In this document: positions 17,094-27,052 of the stretch, one piece after another
How the letters are laid out: the number at the start of each line of letters is the position of its first letter
Position numbering within the stretch: the first letter of the stretch is position 1
From: Bacteroidales bacterium
GTDB lineage: Bacteria > Bacteroidota > Bacteroidia > Bacteroidales > UBA1402
NCBI GenBank assembly: GCA_023230125.1
Contig: JALNXZ010000001.1
Location: 1 to 27,052 of the forward strand
DNA length: 27,052 bases
Reading direction: 5' to 3'
The notes under the pieces: model-generated
The model's database searches: none
What the model was told of the DNA's origin: nothing
Seen by the model: only the letters and a program-made list of their open reading frames with translations
Program-made: the position numbers and the translations under genes

Positions 17094-18023
17094 CTATAAA
17101 TCGATTTCGGATGAAAGACCGGAGCAAGTGATCTTCAATAATTGTACGATTTCTTCTATGTTTTCAGGATGAAACCAATGATAATCCTTGTCTTTTCTGA
17201 ACCACGTCAACTGCTTTCTGGCGTATTTGTGGGTGTTGTTCTGAATGCAGACGATGGCTTCCTCCAAGCTGATGTCACCGTCAAAATAAGCAAACAATTC
17301 TTTGTATCCTACTGTATTAAGCGCATTCAGTCTACGTAAAGGATAGAGGCTTCTGGCTTCTTCACACAGCCCTTGCTGCATCATGTCTATCACCCTTTGG
17401 TCTATGCGATCATAGAGTTCAGACCTTTCTCTGTTCAGGCAAATCTTGACGATGTCGAAAGATCGTTGTTTGGCCGAATGCTGGCGGAAAGAGGAAAATG
17501 GTTTTCCTGTCATCAGGCAGATTTCAAGGCCATGCATCACTCTTTTATAGTTTTTAAGATCTACTTGGTGGTAATATTCAGGATCCAATAATTTCAGTTG
17601 AGCAAGTAAGGGATCAATTCCTACATTCCTGTATTGTTCGAGCAGGTTTTCCCGCAAATCCCCATCTACGTCGGGCATGTCGTCAATGCCTTTGCAGACA
17701 GCGTCTATGTACATCATGGATCCTCCTGTCATTAGGATGGAATGATGTTTGGGAAAAAGTTCCTTTTCAAGCAGGTCGAGTACTTCTGTTTCGAATCTGG
17801 CTGCACTGTAGTAGTCGTGGATGGAATGGTCTCCGATAAAGTAATGTTTCACGTGCCCGAGTTGTTCGGGGGATGGAGCGGCTGTACCTATCGGAATCTC
17901 TCGGAAAATTTGGCGAGAGTCACAGGATAAAACAGGAGAACCCAACAATTCGGCAATGCGAAGGCTGAGTTCCGTTTTCCCTACACCGGTTGGCCCGGTC
18001 AATACCACAAGGGTTTTCTTCAT
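17094..18023 (-). CDS. miaA: tRNA dimethylallyltransferase
   Basis: P-loop [41 protein letters not shown]. Confidence 0.97.
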   Translation of the reverse strand: MKKTLVVLTGPTGVGKTELSLRIAELLGSPVLSCDSRQIFREIPIGTAAPSPEQLGHVKHYFIGDHSIHDYYSAARFETEVLDLLEKELFPKHHSILMTGGSMMYIDAVCKGIDDMPDVDGDLRENLLEQYRNVGIDPLLAQLKLLDPEYYHQVDLKNYKRVMHGLEICLMTGKPFSSFRQHSAKQRSFDIVKICLNRERSELYDRIDQRVIDMMQQGLCEEARSLYPLRRLNALNTVGYKELFAYFDGDISLEEAIVCIQNNTHKYARKQLTWFRKDKDYHWFHPENIEEIVQLLKITCSGLSSEIDL

Positions 18024-18053
18024 GTAGCCAATCAGCTCATTTTTTTGATAAAA

Positions 18054-18617
18054 TCAGAGGTCTGTATTGAAAGAAGATGGATCTGCTATATTGTCCAAAC
18101 CTGTAAATCCGTCAGCATCCAACTCATCCATGTCGAAATCCTGGTCTCCATAAAAATCATCGTCCAGATTGATTTTCGGACTGGTTTCATTGATCGTAGA
18201 ATCATCAAACTCCATCGTCTGGACAGGAGCATCTCCTTCTGATAAGATGCATTTGGCTTTTGCCAAATCTTTACCTGGTATAAACTGGAATACTTCAATA
18301 AAGAAGGCTCTTTCTGTTAAGTTATCAAAGATGTATATTAGTTTCTGTCCTTCATCCTCAATAAATTCATTCAGTTTGGTACGCTCCATGATCCAGCTGT
18401 CCACTTCGGGACTACTGTCCATTTCTATGAGGGTGATTTCTGTTTCTTTTTCCCATTCATCATTGCAAATAAAGAAAGAAGATATTTGATCTTTGGAATA
18501 ATTCACACATTCTAAAATGGCATTATGTAAATCCAAAAAAGTTGCTTCTGAACTTATTGCAATTTCACGGGTGAAATTGTCAACTTCATCTGATAAGAGC
18601 CTAAACTTGTAAATCAT
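18054..18617 (-). CDS. Conserved acidic hypothetical protein, pRiA4b ORF-3-like ('IS1096 passenger TnpR' label), 187 aa
   Basis: REIAI...TFLDLHNAIL...SSFF and KLIYIFD...FFIEV patterns typical of this family; strongly acidic C-terminal tail; sits between lpxA and miaA. Confidence 0.7.
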   Translation of the reverse strand: MIYKFRLLSDEVDNFTREIAISSEATFLDLHNAILECVNYSKDQISSFFICNDEWEKETEITLIEMDSSPEVDSWIMERTKLNEFIEDEGQKLIYIFDNLTERAFFIEVFQFIPGKDLAKAKCILSEGDAPVQTMEFDDSTINETSPKINLDDDFYGDQDFDMDELDADGFTGLDNIADPSSFNTDL

Positions 18618-18634
18618 AGAACTTATTAAGTTTT

Positions 18635-19414
18635 TTAGTTAAAATAACCTTTAATGATTCCACGTGGGGTATTCTTTACAAACAAGATAATTTCATCGCG
18701 TTCTTTCGTTGCAGGTAGCTCAGCCTCAATGCGTTCGATAGCATCACTGTTGTTAAGTCCCGATTGATAAAGATAACGATAAATTTCCTGAATATCGCGT
18801 ATCTGTTCGTTGGAAAAATTCCTTCTGCGCAAGCCGATGGAGTTGATTCCACAATAGGCGATGGGGTCCCGTGCGGCCTTGATAAACGGTGGAACGTCCT
18901 TGTTTATTTTAGATCCACCTTGGACCATGACATGAGATCCGATGTGAGAGAACTGGTGAATAAGCGTACCGCCACCGATAATGGCCCAATCGTCAACGGT
19001 TACTTCACCGGCCAGTTGGGTGCAGTTGGACATGATGACGTTATTGCCAACAACACAATCATGGGCAATATGACAATACGCCATCACCAGACAATTGTTT
19101 CCGATTACAGTTTTTCCTTTTGCCGCAGTTCCGCGGTTGATGGTTACAAATTCACGGATGATTGTGTTGTCTCCGATTTCAACAGTGGTTTCTTCGCCTT
19201 CGAATTTTAAATCCTGCGGAATTGCTCCAAGCACTGCTCCAGGAAAAATGACACAATTCTTACCGATTCTGGTACCTTCTAAAATGGTGACGTTGGAAGC
19301 AATTCTGGTGCCTTCACCAATGACGACATTCTTATCAATGGTCACAAATGGTTCGATTACTACACTTGGTGCAATTTTAGCATCTGGATGCACGTAAGCT
19401 AAGGGTTGTTTCAT
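18635..19414 (-). CDS. lpxA: Acyl-ACP--UDP-N-acetylglucosamine O-acyltransferase
   Basis: Hexapeptide repeats, PQDLKF, IREFVTINRGT, HIAHDC (catalytic His region), QLAGEV, DVPPF. Confidence 0.97.
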   Translation of the reverse strand: MKQPLAYVHPDAKIAPSVVIEPFVTIDKNVVIGEGTRIASNVTILEGTRIGKNCVIFPGAVLGAIPQDLKFEGEETTVEIGDNTIIREFVTINRGTAAKGKTVIGNNCLVMAYCHIAHDCVVGNNVIMSNCTQLAGEVTVDDWAIIGGGTLIHQFSHIGSHVMVQGGSKINKDVPPFIKAARDPIAYCGINSIGLRRRNFSNEQIRDIQEIYRYLYQSGLNNSDAIERIEAELPATKERDEIILFVKNTPRGIIKGYFN

Positions 19415-19542
19415 CTCATTATTTTTTATTTTACCATTTTAGGCATTCGATGTAACTCGCCAAATAATTGTTCACTTGTGTGAGCGATAGATCATGGGCT
19501 CGTTTCATATGATCGTATTTTGCCAAATACTGGCATTACAAA

Positions 19543-20928
19543 TTACTTGTTTTTAATGATCTGAGCCATAAATTCAGCTTCAGAGGCTATTTTATCACCT
19601 ACAAATGCATAACCCTTCATGCTTACGATACCGCGACGGATATCGGATATCAGATCTAGCCTGAAAATCAAGGTGTCTCCTGGGACAACTTTGTGGCGGA
19701 ATTTCACATTGTCAATTTTCATGAAATAGGTGGAGTATTTTTCCGGATGGTCCACTGTATTCAAAATCAGCAAGCCTCCTGTCTGAGCCATGGCTTCAAT
19801 TTGCAAAACGCCAGGCATGACAGGCTCTTCCGGAAAGTGACCCATAAAGATCTCTTCGTTTCCGGTCACATTCTTGATGCCGACAATATGTCTGTTGCTC
19901 AGTTCTATCACCTTGTCCACCATCTGAATGGGCCAGCGATGTGGGAGCAATTGCTTGATACGCACGTTGTCCATGATGGGGGGAATATCAGGGTTGTAAA
20001 TCGGAGCCTGAACTTCCTGCCTTTTCATATCCTTGCGGAGGAGTCTGGCCAGTTGATTATTGATCTTATGTCCAGGACGGGTGGCTATGATATGCCCTTT
20101 CAAAGGTTTCCCGATGAGCGCGATGTCTCCTACCAAGTCCATTAGTTTATGGCGGGCAGGTTCGTTATCGTACAAAATGGGTTTGTTGTTGATATATCCA
20201 AGTTTGTTGACAAGCTTGTGAGGAATATTCATGGCATCTGCAATGTCATCTAGCTTTTCCTGCGGAATCTCCTGGTCGTATATGACCAAAGCATTATCAA
20301 GGTCACCACCTTTGATCAGGTTATGCTTCAGTAACACTTCAACCTCGCGTACAAATACGAAAGTACGGCTATCGGCAATTTCTGTTTCAAAATCAGCAAG
20401 TTCATTGAGCCTTGCAAATTGATTGCTTAATATGGTAGAATCATAGCTGATCAATGTGGTGATGCTGAATCCATCGTATGGCATGATAATAAGTGAAGCA
20501 CCAGTCTCTGGATTTTTTATTTCTATTCTATTGCGAACCACATAATATTGTTTGTCATATTCTTGTTCAATAATCCCAACATTTTTGATGGCCATGATAA
20601 ATTCAATGGCACTACCATCAAGGATAGGCATCTCAGGACCATTAATCTCGATGAGGCAGTTATCGATTTCTGAGGCATACAGGGCAGCCATAGCGTGTTC
20701 GATAGTGCTGATCTGTACACCGTCTTTATTTAAGACTGTACCGCGTTCAGTGTTGTTGACATTTTCTGCAAGAGCTTCAATTATTGGTCTATCTTCTAAA
20801 TCAATACGGATAAAGCGATATCCTGTGTTTGGCTCTGCCGGACAAAAGCGGGCTGTTATGTGAAGTCCCGTGTGTAACCCTTTTCCGGAAATAGAAAAAT
20901 CTTTTTTTAAGGTAAGTTGATTGGCCAT
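19543..20928 (-). CDS. lpxC/fabZ: Bifunctional UDP-3-O-acyl-GlcNAc deacetylase / 3-hydroxyacyl-ACP dehydratase (LpxC-FabZ fusion), 461 aa
   Basis: LpxC: GKGLHTG, STIEH, SRTF, HKLMDLVGD. FabZ: LPHRWP, GHFPEEPVMPGVLQIEAMAQ, KVVPGD. Confidence 0.97.
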   Translation of the reverse strand: MANQLTLKKDFSISGKGLHTGLHITARFCPAEPNTGYRFIRIDLEDRPIIEALAENVNNTERGTVLNKDGVQISTIEHAMAALYASEIDNCLIEINGPEMPILDGSAIEFIMAIKNVGIIEQEYDKQYYVVRNRIEIKNPETGASLIIMPYDGFSITTLISYDSTILSNQFARLNELADFETEIADSRTFVFVREVEVLLKHNLIKGGDLDNALVIYDQEIPQEKLDDIADAMNIPHKLVNKLGYINNKPILYDNEPARHKLMDLVGDIALIGKPLKGHIIATRPGHKINNQLARLLRKDMKRQEVQAPIYNPDIPPIMDNVRIKQLLPHRWPIQMVDKVIELSNRHIVGIKNVTGNEEIFMGHFPEEPVMPGVLQIEAMAQTGGLLILNTVDHPEKYSTYFMKIDNVKFRHKVVPGDTLIFRLDLISDIRRGIVSMKGYAFVGDKIASEAEFMAQIIKNK

Positions 20929-20941
20929 TATACGGAATAAA

Positions 20942-21985
20942 TTATTTGATCGTTTTTTTTAGTTCTTCAATTTCTTTGCGAAGCTTCGATACTTCTAATG
21001 ATAGTTCAGGCAAATTTTTATAAATGACAAAGGATCTGGCAAATTGTTTGGCAGGAATGGCCGGGTATCCCAAATAGGGTGTAGAGTTGTCTGTCAAGTT
21101 GTTTGCAACGCCTGCCCGGGCTCCGATTTGTATGCCGTCAGCAATATGGATGTGGCCTGTAAATCCAACTTGACCACCTATCATGCAGTCTTTACCGATT
21201 TTGGTAGATCCTGCGATACCGGTTAGCGCAGCAATTACGGTGTTTTCACCGACTTCCACGTTATGAGCTACCTGAATCAGGTTGTCGAGCTTTACACCAT
21301 GATGTACGATGGTAGAACCCATGGTTGCTCGGTCCACCGTTGTATTGGCTCCAATTTCAACATCATCTTCAATGATGACATTTCCAATTTGAGGTATTTT
21401 CTGATAATCACCGGTTTCTTTAGGTGCAAAACCAAAACCATCGCCACCTATGATGACTCCTGCCTGCAGGATACAGTTGTTGCCGATGATGCAATCGTCA
21501 TATATCTTGATACCTGGATACAAGATACAGTTGGCACCGATTTTTACATGATCTCCGATATAAACATGGGGGTAAATCTGCGTATCGTTTCCGATCTTGC
21601 TATTTTTCCCAATGTATGCAAAGTCCCCGATAAAAAGATTTTCTCCCAAAACAGCTGTCGAATCGATGGAAACCAACGAACCAATGCCGTTTTTTTTAGG
21701 CTTGGACTGATCGACCAGGGTCAACAATTGTGCCAGACATTGATAAGCATTTTCAACACGAATCAATGTCGCACTGATAGTCTTCTCAGGGATAAAGTCC
21801 TTGTTTACAAGGATAATGCTTGCTTTTGTCGTATAAATATAGGAAGTATATTTTGGATTTGCTAAAAATGTAAGTGTCCCCGGTTGCCCTTCTTCTATCT
21901 TGGAGATGTTATTGACGGAAACGTCCGGATTACCCTCTATTTCACCTGATAAGTATGATGCAAGCTGTTTCGCTGTTATTTCCAT
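20942..21985 (-). CDS. lpxD: UDP-3-O-(3-hydroxyacyl)glucosamine N-acyltransferase
   Basis: TFLANPKY, hexapeptide repeats, [37 protein letters not shown]. Confidence 0.98.
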   Translation of the reverse strand: MEITAKQLASYLSGEIEGNPDVSVNNISKIEEGQPGTLTFLANPKYTSYIYTTKASIILVNKDFIPEKTISATLIRVENAYQCLAQLLTLVDQSKPKKNGIGSLVSIDSTAVLGENLFIGDFAYIGKNSKIGNDTQIYPHVYIGDHVKIGANCILYPGIKIYDDCIIGNNCILQAGVIIGGDGFGFAPKETGDYQKIPQIGNVIIEDDVEIGANTTVDRATMGSTIVHHGVKLDNLIQVAHNVEVGENTVIAALTGIAGSTKIGKDCMIGGQVGFTGHIHIADGIQIGARAGVANNLTDNSTPYLGYPAIPAKQFARSFVIYKNLPELSLEVSKLRKEIEELKKTIK

Positions 21986-22002
21986 TTGTCTAAAAATTTG
22001 GG

Positions 22003-22010
22003 CAAAAATA
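22003..22010 (-). promoter_or_regulatory. -7 promoter element TATTTTTG upstream of lpxD (internal promoter)
   Basis: Forward CAAAAATA equals minus-strand TAnnTTTG, 17 nt upstream of the lpxD ATG. Confidence 0.6.
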
Positions 22011-22079
22011 CAAAATATTCGGTATTAAATATCACTTTGTGGTATCGGGCTTGTAAAATGGCCTTATTTTAATACATCC

Positions 22080-23294
22080 TTATAACCGTAAATGACAATA
22101 TATCTGCTTTTGAACCTCTCTTGATAATAATTCAAGATTCAACATATCAGATGCTTTTGTGATGGGCCTAATATTCCCGTTATTATATAAGATGTCTATG
22201 CTGTCGTCTTTTTCACTGTACATATTGGTGGAGACACAACTCTGTGAGATAAAATACCTGGCATCATCGGCTGTAATGCCATAAATGGAGGTTATTGTTT
22301 CTAAATCATGGACGATACGTTGAGGGTCTGTGGTGTCGTTACTCATCTCTATTTTGAAGAGTTTGCGTTGAAGTAAGCCTTTGCTTAGTGTAGAAAGGAC
22401 AAAATCTTCATGGTGTTGCCACATTTTAATGGCAGACCAAATGTCTGTATCGTCGAGTTCCTCGAAAAAATCGAGTGCTTCATTGTTCATTTCTCCATCT
22501 GTTTGTTTGTTGGCAAGAAAATACCGGAGGGCTTCGGATGCTTGCACCATGACCTCTTTTCGCGTGAGCTCTCTGGCTCTGTTCAAAAGGTTTTTAAGCA
22601 TTATTTCAGCAGCAAGGGAGGTTTTGTGTAAATATACCTGCCAGTACATCAGCCTTCTGGAAAGCAGGAAGTTTTCGATGGAATAAATTCCCTTGGCTTC
22701 GACCACCAGTCGATCGTCCTGTACATTGAGCATTTTGATGATTCGTGCTGATCCGATATTGCCTTCAGTGACACCTGTAAAGAAGCTGTCCCTGCGAAGG
22801 TAGTCAAGTCTATCCATGTCTAGATTGCCAGACACAAGCTGATGTAAAAACTTTTTGGAATATTCGTCTTTAAAAATCCGGATGGCCAAATCGAGTTTTC
22901 CTCCAAATTCACGGTTCATCCTTTCCATCAACATCAAAGAAAGGTCTTCATGCGAAATGCCATGAATAATGGTGTCTTCCAGTACATGAGAGAAAGGGCC
23001 GTGGCCGATATCATGAAGCATGATGGCCGCTATGACAGCTTCATTTTCTTCGGGCGTGATGATATTGCCTTTGGAACGCAGGTTATGGATGGCTTCTTCC
23101 ATCAGGAACATGGCTCCGATGGTATGTTGGAATCGGGTGTGCTGTGCTCCCGGATAGACAAAAGATGTCATACCTAGTTGCTTGATGCGCGTGAGGCGCT
23201 GCAGGTAACGGTGTTGAAATACTTCATTCAAGAACCCAGAAGGAAGATTGATGAAGCCGAAAACCGGATCATTGATAATTTTTCGCTTCTCCAC
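22080..23294 (-). CDS. HD-domain phosphohydrolase (YdhJ/SAMHD1-like dNTP triphosphohydrolase family), GTG start, 404 aa
   Basis: INDPVFG, QRLTRIKQLG, YPGAQHTRFQH, LHDIGHGPFSH, DMDRLDYLRRDS, MYWQVYLHK. GTG start lies 1 nt after the pyrF stop. Confidence 0.92.
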   Translation of the reverse strand: MEKRKIINDPVFGFINLPSGFLNEVFQHRYLQRLTRIKQLGMTSFVYPGAQHTRFQHTIGAMFLMEEAIHNLRSKGNIITPEENEAVIAAIMLHDIGHGPFSHVLEDTIIHGISHEDLSLMLMERMNREFGGKLDLAIRIFKDEYSKKFLHQLVSGNLDMDRLDYLRRDSFFTGVTEGNIGSARIIKMLNVQDDRLVVEAKGIYSIENFLLSRRLMYWQVYLHKTSLAAEIMLKNLLNRARELTRKEVMVQASEALRYFLANKQTDGEMNNEALDFFEELDDTDIWSAIKMWQHHEDFVLSTLSKGLLQRKLFKIEMSNDTTDPQRIVHDLETITSIYGITADDARYFISQSCVSTNMYSEKDDSIDILYNNGNIRPITKASDMLNLELLSREVQKQIYCHLRL

Positions 23295-23295
23295 T

Positions 23296-24120
23296 TTATT
23301 TTAATTGGGCCAGATAACCGGCCATTTCTTCTTGTAACTTGATAGCTTCAGTTTGAGCGCAGACTGCAAAGTCTTTACCTTTGCCTGCATAGATGATTTG
23401 GCGAGAAGAGTTGACGAGCAAACCGCATTGGTCATTCATACCATATTTGACTACTTCGGCCAGGCTTCCACCCTGAGCACCGATACCTGGAACCAACAGA
23501 AAATGGTTGGGAACCACTTTTCGGATGTCGGCAAACATGCTGCCTTGTGTTGCTCCGACTACGTACATCATCTGTTCGTCAGTAGCCCACGCTCTTGATT
23601 TTTTCAGGACCTTTTCATAAAGCCTTTCTCCCTGTGCGTCTGTTGTCAGTTGGAAGTCTTGTGATCCTTTGTTGGAGGTCAATGCCAGTAGGATGACCCA
23701 TTTCCCTTTATAAGTGAGGAATGGTTTCACGCTATCCTCACCCATGTATGGTGCAACAGTCACGGCATCAAAAGGAAGGTCTTCAAAGAAACCGCGGGCG
23801 TACATTTCAGAAGTGTTTCCGATATCGCCGCGTTTGGCATCGGATATGATGAATTGTTCAGGATATTTTTCGCGAATGTAGCGGATGGTCTTTTCAAGGG
23901 CACTCCAGCCCTTCAAGCCCATGCATTCATAAAAAGCCATATTCGGTTTGTAGGCGACACAATAAGCAGCCGTGGCGTCGATGATAGCCTTGTTGAAAGA
24001 AAAAATCGGATTTTCTTCATTGATAAGATGTGTCGGAATTTTTTTAATATCGGTATCCAGTCCCACGCACAAGAATGATCTCTTATGCATAATCTGTTCA
24101 AAGAGTTCTTGTTTATTCAT
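23296..24120 (-). CDS. pyrF: Orotidine-5'-phosphate decarboxylase (Bacteroidetes type), 274 aa
   Basis: [44 protein letters not shown]. Start placed at ATG 24120 (MNKQELF) rather than 24150. Confidence 0.96.
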   Translation of the reverse strand: MNKQELFEQIMHKRSFLCVGLDTDIKKIPTHLINEENPIFSFNKAIIDATAAYCVAYKPNMAFYECMGLKGWSALEKTIRYIREKYPEQFIISDAKRGDIGNTSEMYARGFFEDLPFDAVTVAPYMGEDSVKPFLTYKGKWVILLALTSNKGSQDFQLTTDAQGERLYEKVLKKSRAWATDEQMMYVVGATQGSMFADIRKVVPNHFLLVPGIGAQGGSLAEVVKYGMNDQCGLLVNSSRQIIYAGKGKDFAVCAQTEAIKLQEEMAGYLAQLK

Positions 24121-24192
24121 GATTTTCCAAATTAAATATTTATTTTGCAATCACATTCATATCGCAATCTTGGAACTGCGTCTGATTATGAA

Positions 24193-25278
24193 TTATAGTT
24201 CACTCTCTTTTAGCCTTTCAGTATTTTCTGCAATAATCAGTTGGTCGAGAATGGCCTGAATGTCACCACCCATGAAAGCTGACAGGTTATATATGGTGAA
24301 GTTGATGCGGTGATCGGTAATACGCCCTTGCGGGTAATTGTAGGTGCGGATTTTGGCAGAACGGTCACCGGTGGAAACCATTGTTTTACGTTTGGCGCCT
24401 ATTTCATCCAGATATTTCTGATGCTCTACGTTATAAATACGAGAACGGAGTTCTATCATGGCTTTTTCCTTGTTCTTGTGCCAGGATTTTTCATCCTGAC
24501 ATTGTACCGAAATCCCGGAAGGAATGTGTACCAGACGGATGGCCGAGTAGGTGGTGTTGACCGATTGTCCGCCAGCTCCTGATGAACAAAATGTATCCAC
24601 CCGGATATCTGATTCTTTGATTTCAACGTCAAATTCTTCAGCTTCCGGCAGTACCGCCACTGTAGCTGCGGATGTGTGGACGCGTCCCTGAGTTTCGGTG
24701 GCCGGCACACGCTGAACGCGGTGAACGCCTGACTCATATTTCATGATTCCATATACGTTATCTCCGCTTACGGTGAAAATAACTTCCTTATATCCTCCGG
24801 AGGTGCCTTCGCTGATGGAGGTTACTTCGACCTTCCAACCTTTGCTTTCGCAGTATTTGGCATACATCTTGAAAAGGTCGCCGGCAAAAATAGCGGCTTC
24901 GTCTCCGCCTGTTCCGCCGCGGATTTCCACAATGGCATTCTTGGCATCTTCGGGATCGGCAGGGACGAGTAATAGTTTGATTTTTTCCTCTAGGTCAGGA
25001 ATTTTGCTTTGACTTTCATCCAGCTCTTCTTTGGCCATGCCACGAATGTCGGAATCACTTTCGTTTTCCAACAATTCTTTGGCATCATCAATGTTTTGGA
25101 GCAGACCGCGATATTCTTTTTGGGCTTCGGCAATCTTCTCCAAATCGTGGTATTCCTTGTTTAATTTTACAAAACGCTTCATGTCCGCAAGAACCACCGG
25201 ATCTGTAATCAGGGTGGATACTTCCATGAATCGGTTATGTAAACCTTCTAATTTTTCAAGTAATGTACTTTCTGCCAT
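24193..25278 (-). CDS. prfA: Peptide chain release factor 1
   Basis: [28 protein letters not shown] (PxT motif of RF1), [19 protein letters not shown]. Confidence 0.98.
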   Translation of the reverse strand: MAESTLLEKLEGLHNRFMEVSTLITDPVVLADMKRFVKLNKEYHDLEKIAEAQKEYRGLLQNIDDAKELLENESDSDIRGMAKEELDESQSKIPDLEEKIKLLLVPADPEDAKNAIVEIRGGTGGDEAAIFAGDLFKMYAKYCESKGWKVEVTSISEGTSGGYKEVIFTVSGDNVYGIMKYESGVHRVQRVPATETQGRVHTSAATVAVLPEAEEFDVEIKESDIRVDTFCSSGAGGQSVNTTYSAIRLVHIPSGISVQCQDEKSWHKNKEKAMIELRSRIYNVEHQKYLDEIGAKRKTMVSTGDRSAKIRTYNYPQGRITDHRINFTIYNLSAFMGGDIQAILDQLIIAENTERLKESEL

Positions 25279-25295
25279 AGATCGGATGAAGCTGA

Positions 25296-26462
25296 TTAAT
25301 AGTTAAATATGCCGAATTCGCTTTTGATGGTCAGGCAGGCCTTGTCGGCGGTTTCTACTTTGCCGATGATTTTGGCTTCTATGCCAAGGCTTTCTGCGAT
25401 TTCAATGACTTTGGCTGCGTTTTCGGGTGTGAGGTAAACTTCGAGGCGATGTCCCATGTTGAATACCTTGTACATTTCCTTCCAATCCGTACCTGATTGT
25501 TTTTGAATCAGCTTGAATAAGGGGGGTACAGGAAAGAGATTGTCTTTGATGATGTGCAGATTTTCCACAAAGTGGAGAATCTTGGTTTGGGCACCTCCTG
25601 AGCAATGAACCATTCCATGAATGTCTTTTCTCATGATATCCAGCAACTTTTTGACAAAAGGAGCGTAAGTGCGGGTGGGAGAGAGTACCAGTTTCCCTGC
25701 ATCTAGCGGACTACCTTCTACGGTATCGGTCAATTTCTTTTTTCCTGAATAAATAAGTTCGTCAGGTACGCCAGCATCGAAACTTTCAGGATATTTTTCG
25801 GCTAAATATTTGGCAAATACGTCGTGTCTGGCAGAAGTCAATCCGTTGCTGCCCATGCCGCCGTTATATTCTTTTTCATAGATGGCTTGTCCGTATGATG
25901 CCAAAGCAACGATAACGTCACCGTCTGTGATGTTGGCGTTGTTGATGACATCGCTGCGTTTCATTCTGCAAGTGACTGTGCTGTCCACGATGATGGTACG
26001 GACCAAATCGCCGACATCAGCTGTTTCACCTCCTGTGGCATAAACGCCGACACCCATTTCGCGCAATTCGGCCAGCAACTCATCTGTACCGTTGATGATG
26101 GCGGAGATGACTTCGCCCGGAATCAATAATTTGTTTCTCCCGATGGTGGAGGATACCAATATATTGTCTACGGCACCCACACAAAGCAGGTCATCAATGT
26201 TCATGATCAGTGCATCCTGAGCAATGCCTTTCCATACAGAGAGATCTCCGGTTTCTTTCCAGTAAAGGTAGGCCAGTGAAGATTTCGTGCCGGCTCCGTC
26301 TGCATGCATGATGTTGCAGTAATCGGGGTCTCCACCCAAGATATCAGGGATGATTTTGCAAAAAGCTTTTGGGAACAATCCTTTGTCAATATTCTTGATG
26401 GCATTGTGTACGTCTTCTTTTGATGCTGAAACACCTCGCATCATATACCTTTGGTCGCTCAT
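25296..26462 (-). CDS. purM: Phosphoribosylformylglycinamidine cyclo-ligase (AIR synthase, Bacteroidetes type), 388 aa
   Basis: [47 protein letters not shown]. Start at ATG 26462 (MSDQRY); a promoter overlaps the 26489 extension. Confidence 0.93.
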   Translation of the reverse strand: MSDQRYMMRGVSASKEDVHNAIKNIDKGLFPKAFCKIIPDILGGDPDYCNIMHADGAGTKSSLAYLYWKETGDLSVWKGIAQDALIMNIDDLLCVGAVDNILVSSTIGRNKLLIPGEVISAIINGTDELLAELREMGVGVYATGGETADVGDLVRTIIVDSTVTCRMKRSDVINNANITDGDVIVALASYGQAIYEKEYNGGMGSNGLTSARHDVFAKYLAEKYPESFDAGVPDELIYSGKKKLTDTVEGSPLDAGKLVLSPTRTYAPFVKKLLDIMRKDIHGMVHCSGGAQTKILHFVENLHIIKDNLFPVPPLFKLIQKQSGTDWKEMYKVFNMGHRLEVYLTPENAAKVIEIAESLGIEAKIIGKVETADKACLTIKSEFGIFNY

Positions 26463-26486
26463 ACTTATGTGATTTTTTAGGTCTTG

Positions 26487-26494
26487 CAAAGATA
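26487..26494 (-). promoter_or_regulatory. -7 promoter element TATCTTTG for the purM-prfA-pyrF operon
   Basis: Forward CAAAGATA, minus strand TATCTTTGCA, 24 nt upstream of the purM ATG. Confidence 0.7.
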
Positions 26495-26533
26495 TGAAAA
26501 AATAACAAAAGGCGGCCCGTTCGGGACAGCCTT
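26495..26533 (-). terminator. Intrinsic terminator downstream of purC
   Basis: Minus strand: AAGGC-TGT-CCC-GAAC-GGG-CC-GCCTT then TTGTTATTTTTTC. Confidence 0.72.
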
Positions 26534-26564
26534 GTTGTTAAAAAAATCGGAGGGCAATTTCGTA

Positions 26565-27052
26565 TTATTTTATCAGAAATGCTGTCACATTCTTTTCGAT
26601 GCGTTCGGCCAGGTTATCGAGATCAGCCTTGACGAAATTCTCTCCGACAATGTTTTCGTACAATTCGATGTAACGTTCAGAGACGCTTGCGCAGTATTCC
26701 GGAGTCATGACAGGCACTTTTTGACCTTCTTTTCCCTGAAAGTTATTTTCGATGAGCCACTGACGAACAAATTCTTTGGAGAGTTGTTTTTGAGATTCGT
26801 TTTTTGCCAGTTTTTCAGTATAGCCTTTAGCGTAGAAATAACGGGAAGAGTCCGGGGTGTGGATTTCATCCATCAGGATGATTTCACCGTTCTTTTTTCC
26901 AAATTCGTATTTGGTGTCGACCAGAATCAGTCCTTTTTCTGTTGCCATCTCGCAGCCACGTTGGTAAATGGCGTGGGTGTATTTTTCCAGCTTTTCGTAT
27001 TCTTCTTTGCTGACGATGCCCTGAGCGATGATATCTTCTTTGGAAATGTCTT
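26565..27052 (-). CDS. purC: SAICAR synthetase, 3' part (gene begins beyond the right edge)
   Basis: Frame is open from 27050 ([13 protein letters not shown]...RGCEMA); [35 protein letters not shown]. Confidence 0.96.
   Translation of the reverse strand, partial: DISKEDIIAQGIVSKEEYEKLEKYTHAIYQRGCEMATEKGLILVDTKYEFGKKNGEIILMDEIHTPDSSRYFYAKGYTEKLAKNESQKQLSKEFVRQWLIENNFQGKEGQKVPVMTPEYCASVSERYIELYENIVGENFVKADLDNLAERIEKNVTAFLIK

Noticed and set aside
18054-18617. Calling this gene a mobile element because of the 'IS1096 passenger' family label
   Set aside because: No transposase, terminal inverted repeats or target duplications nearby; it is tightly embedded in a core operon.
1-27052. tRNA, rRNA, tmRNA, CRISPR arrays, prophage, IS, defence or toxin-antitoxin genes, programmed frameshifts, stop-codon recoding
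   Set aside because: No intergenic gap shows a cloverleaf or repeat-spacer pattern; every long ORF has an intact housekeeping-type assignment under the standard bacterial code; prfA is RF1, so no RF2-type frameshift is expected.

Overview
Chromosomal housekeeping region of a Bacteroidales (Bacteroidota) bacterium, inferred from the LpxC-FabZ fusion, repeated TAnnTTTG -7 promoter elements, Bacteroidetes-type PyrF/PurM and a DUF4827 lipoprotein. Left edge (-): N-terminal part of recJ, which the ORF track missed. 945-12624 (+): tsaC/yrdC, an orphan WcaJ/WbaP-type sugar phosphotransferase, ClC-CBS protein, fmt, an ECF sigma factor, an unlisted 53-aa ORF, rpe, ComEC, NrnA-type DHH phosphoesterase, DUF4827 lipoprotein, glmM. 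12751-27052 (-), in transcription order: purC (partial), purM, prfA, pyrF, HD phosphohydrolase, lpxD, lpxC/fabZ, lpxA, acidic pRiA4b-ORF3-like protein, miaA, then methylmalonyl-CoA mutase small and large subunits. I found no tRNA, rRNA, CRISPR array, transposase or phage gene. The best candidate for something undescribed is the 6179-7160 module: an ECF sigma with no classical anti-sigma, followed by an 11-bp inverted repeat, a small basic ORF and four alternating GACTTC/GAAGTC boxes. Second-tier oddities are a GC-rich, possibly structured recJ leader, a ClC with non-canonical selectivity and inner-glutamate residues, and a shared palindrome motif at gene 3' ends. All family calls come from reading motifs by eye, not from database searches.
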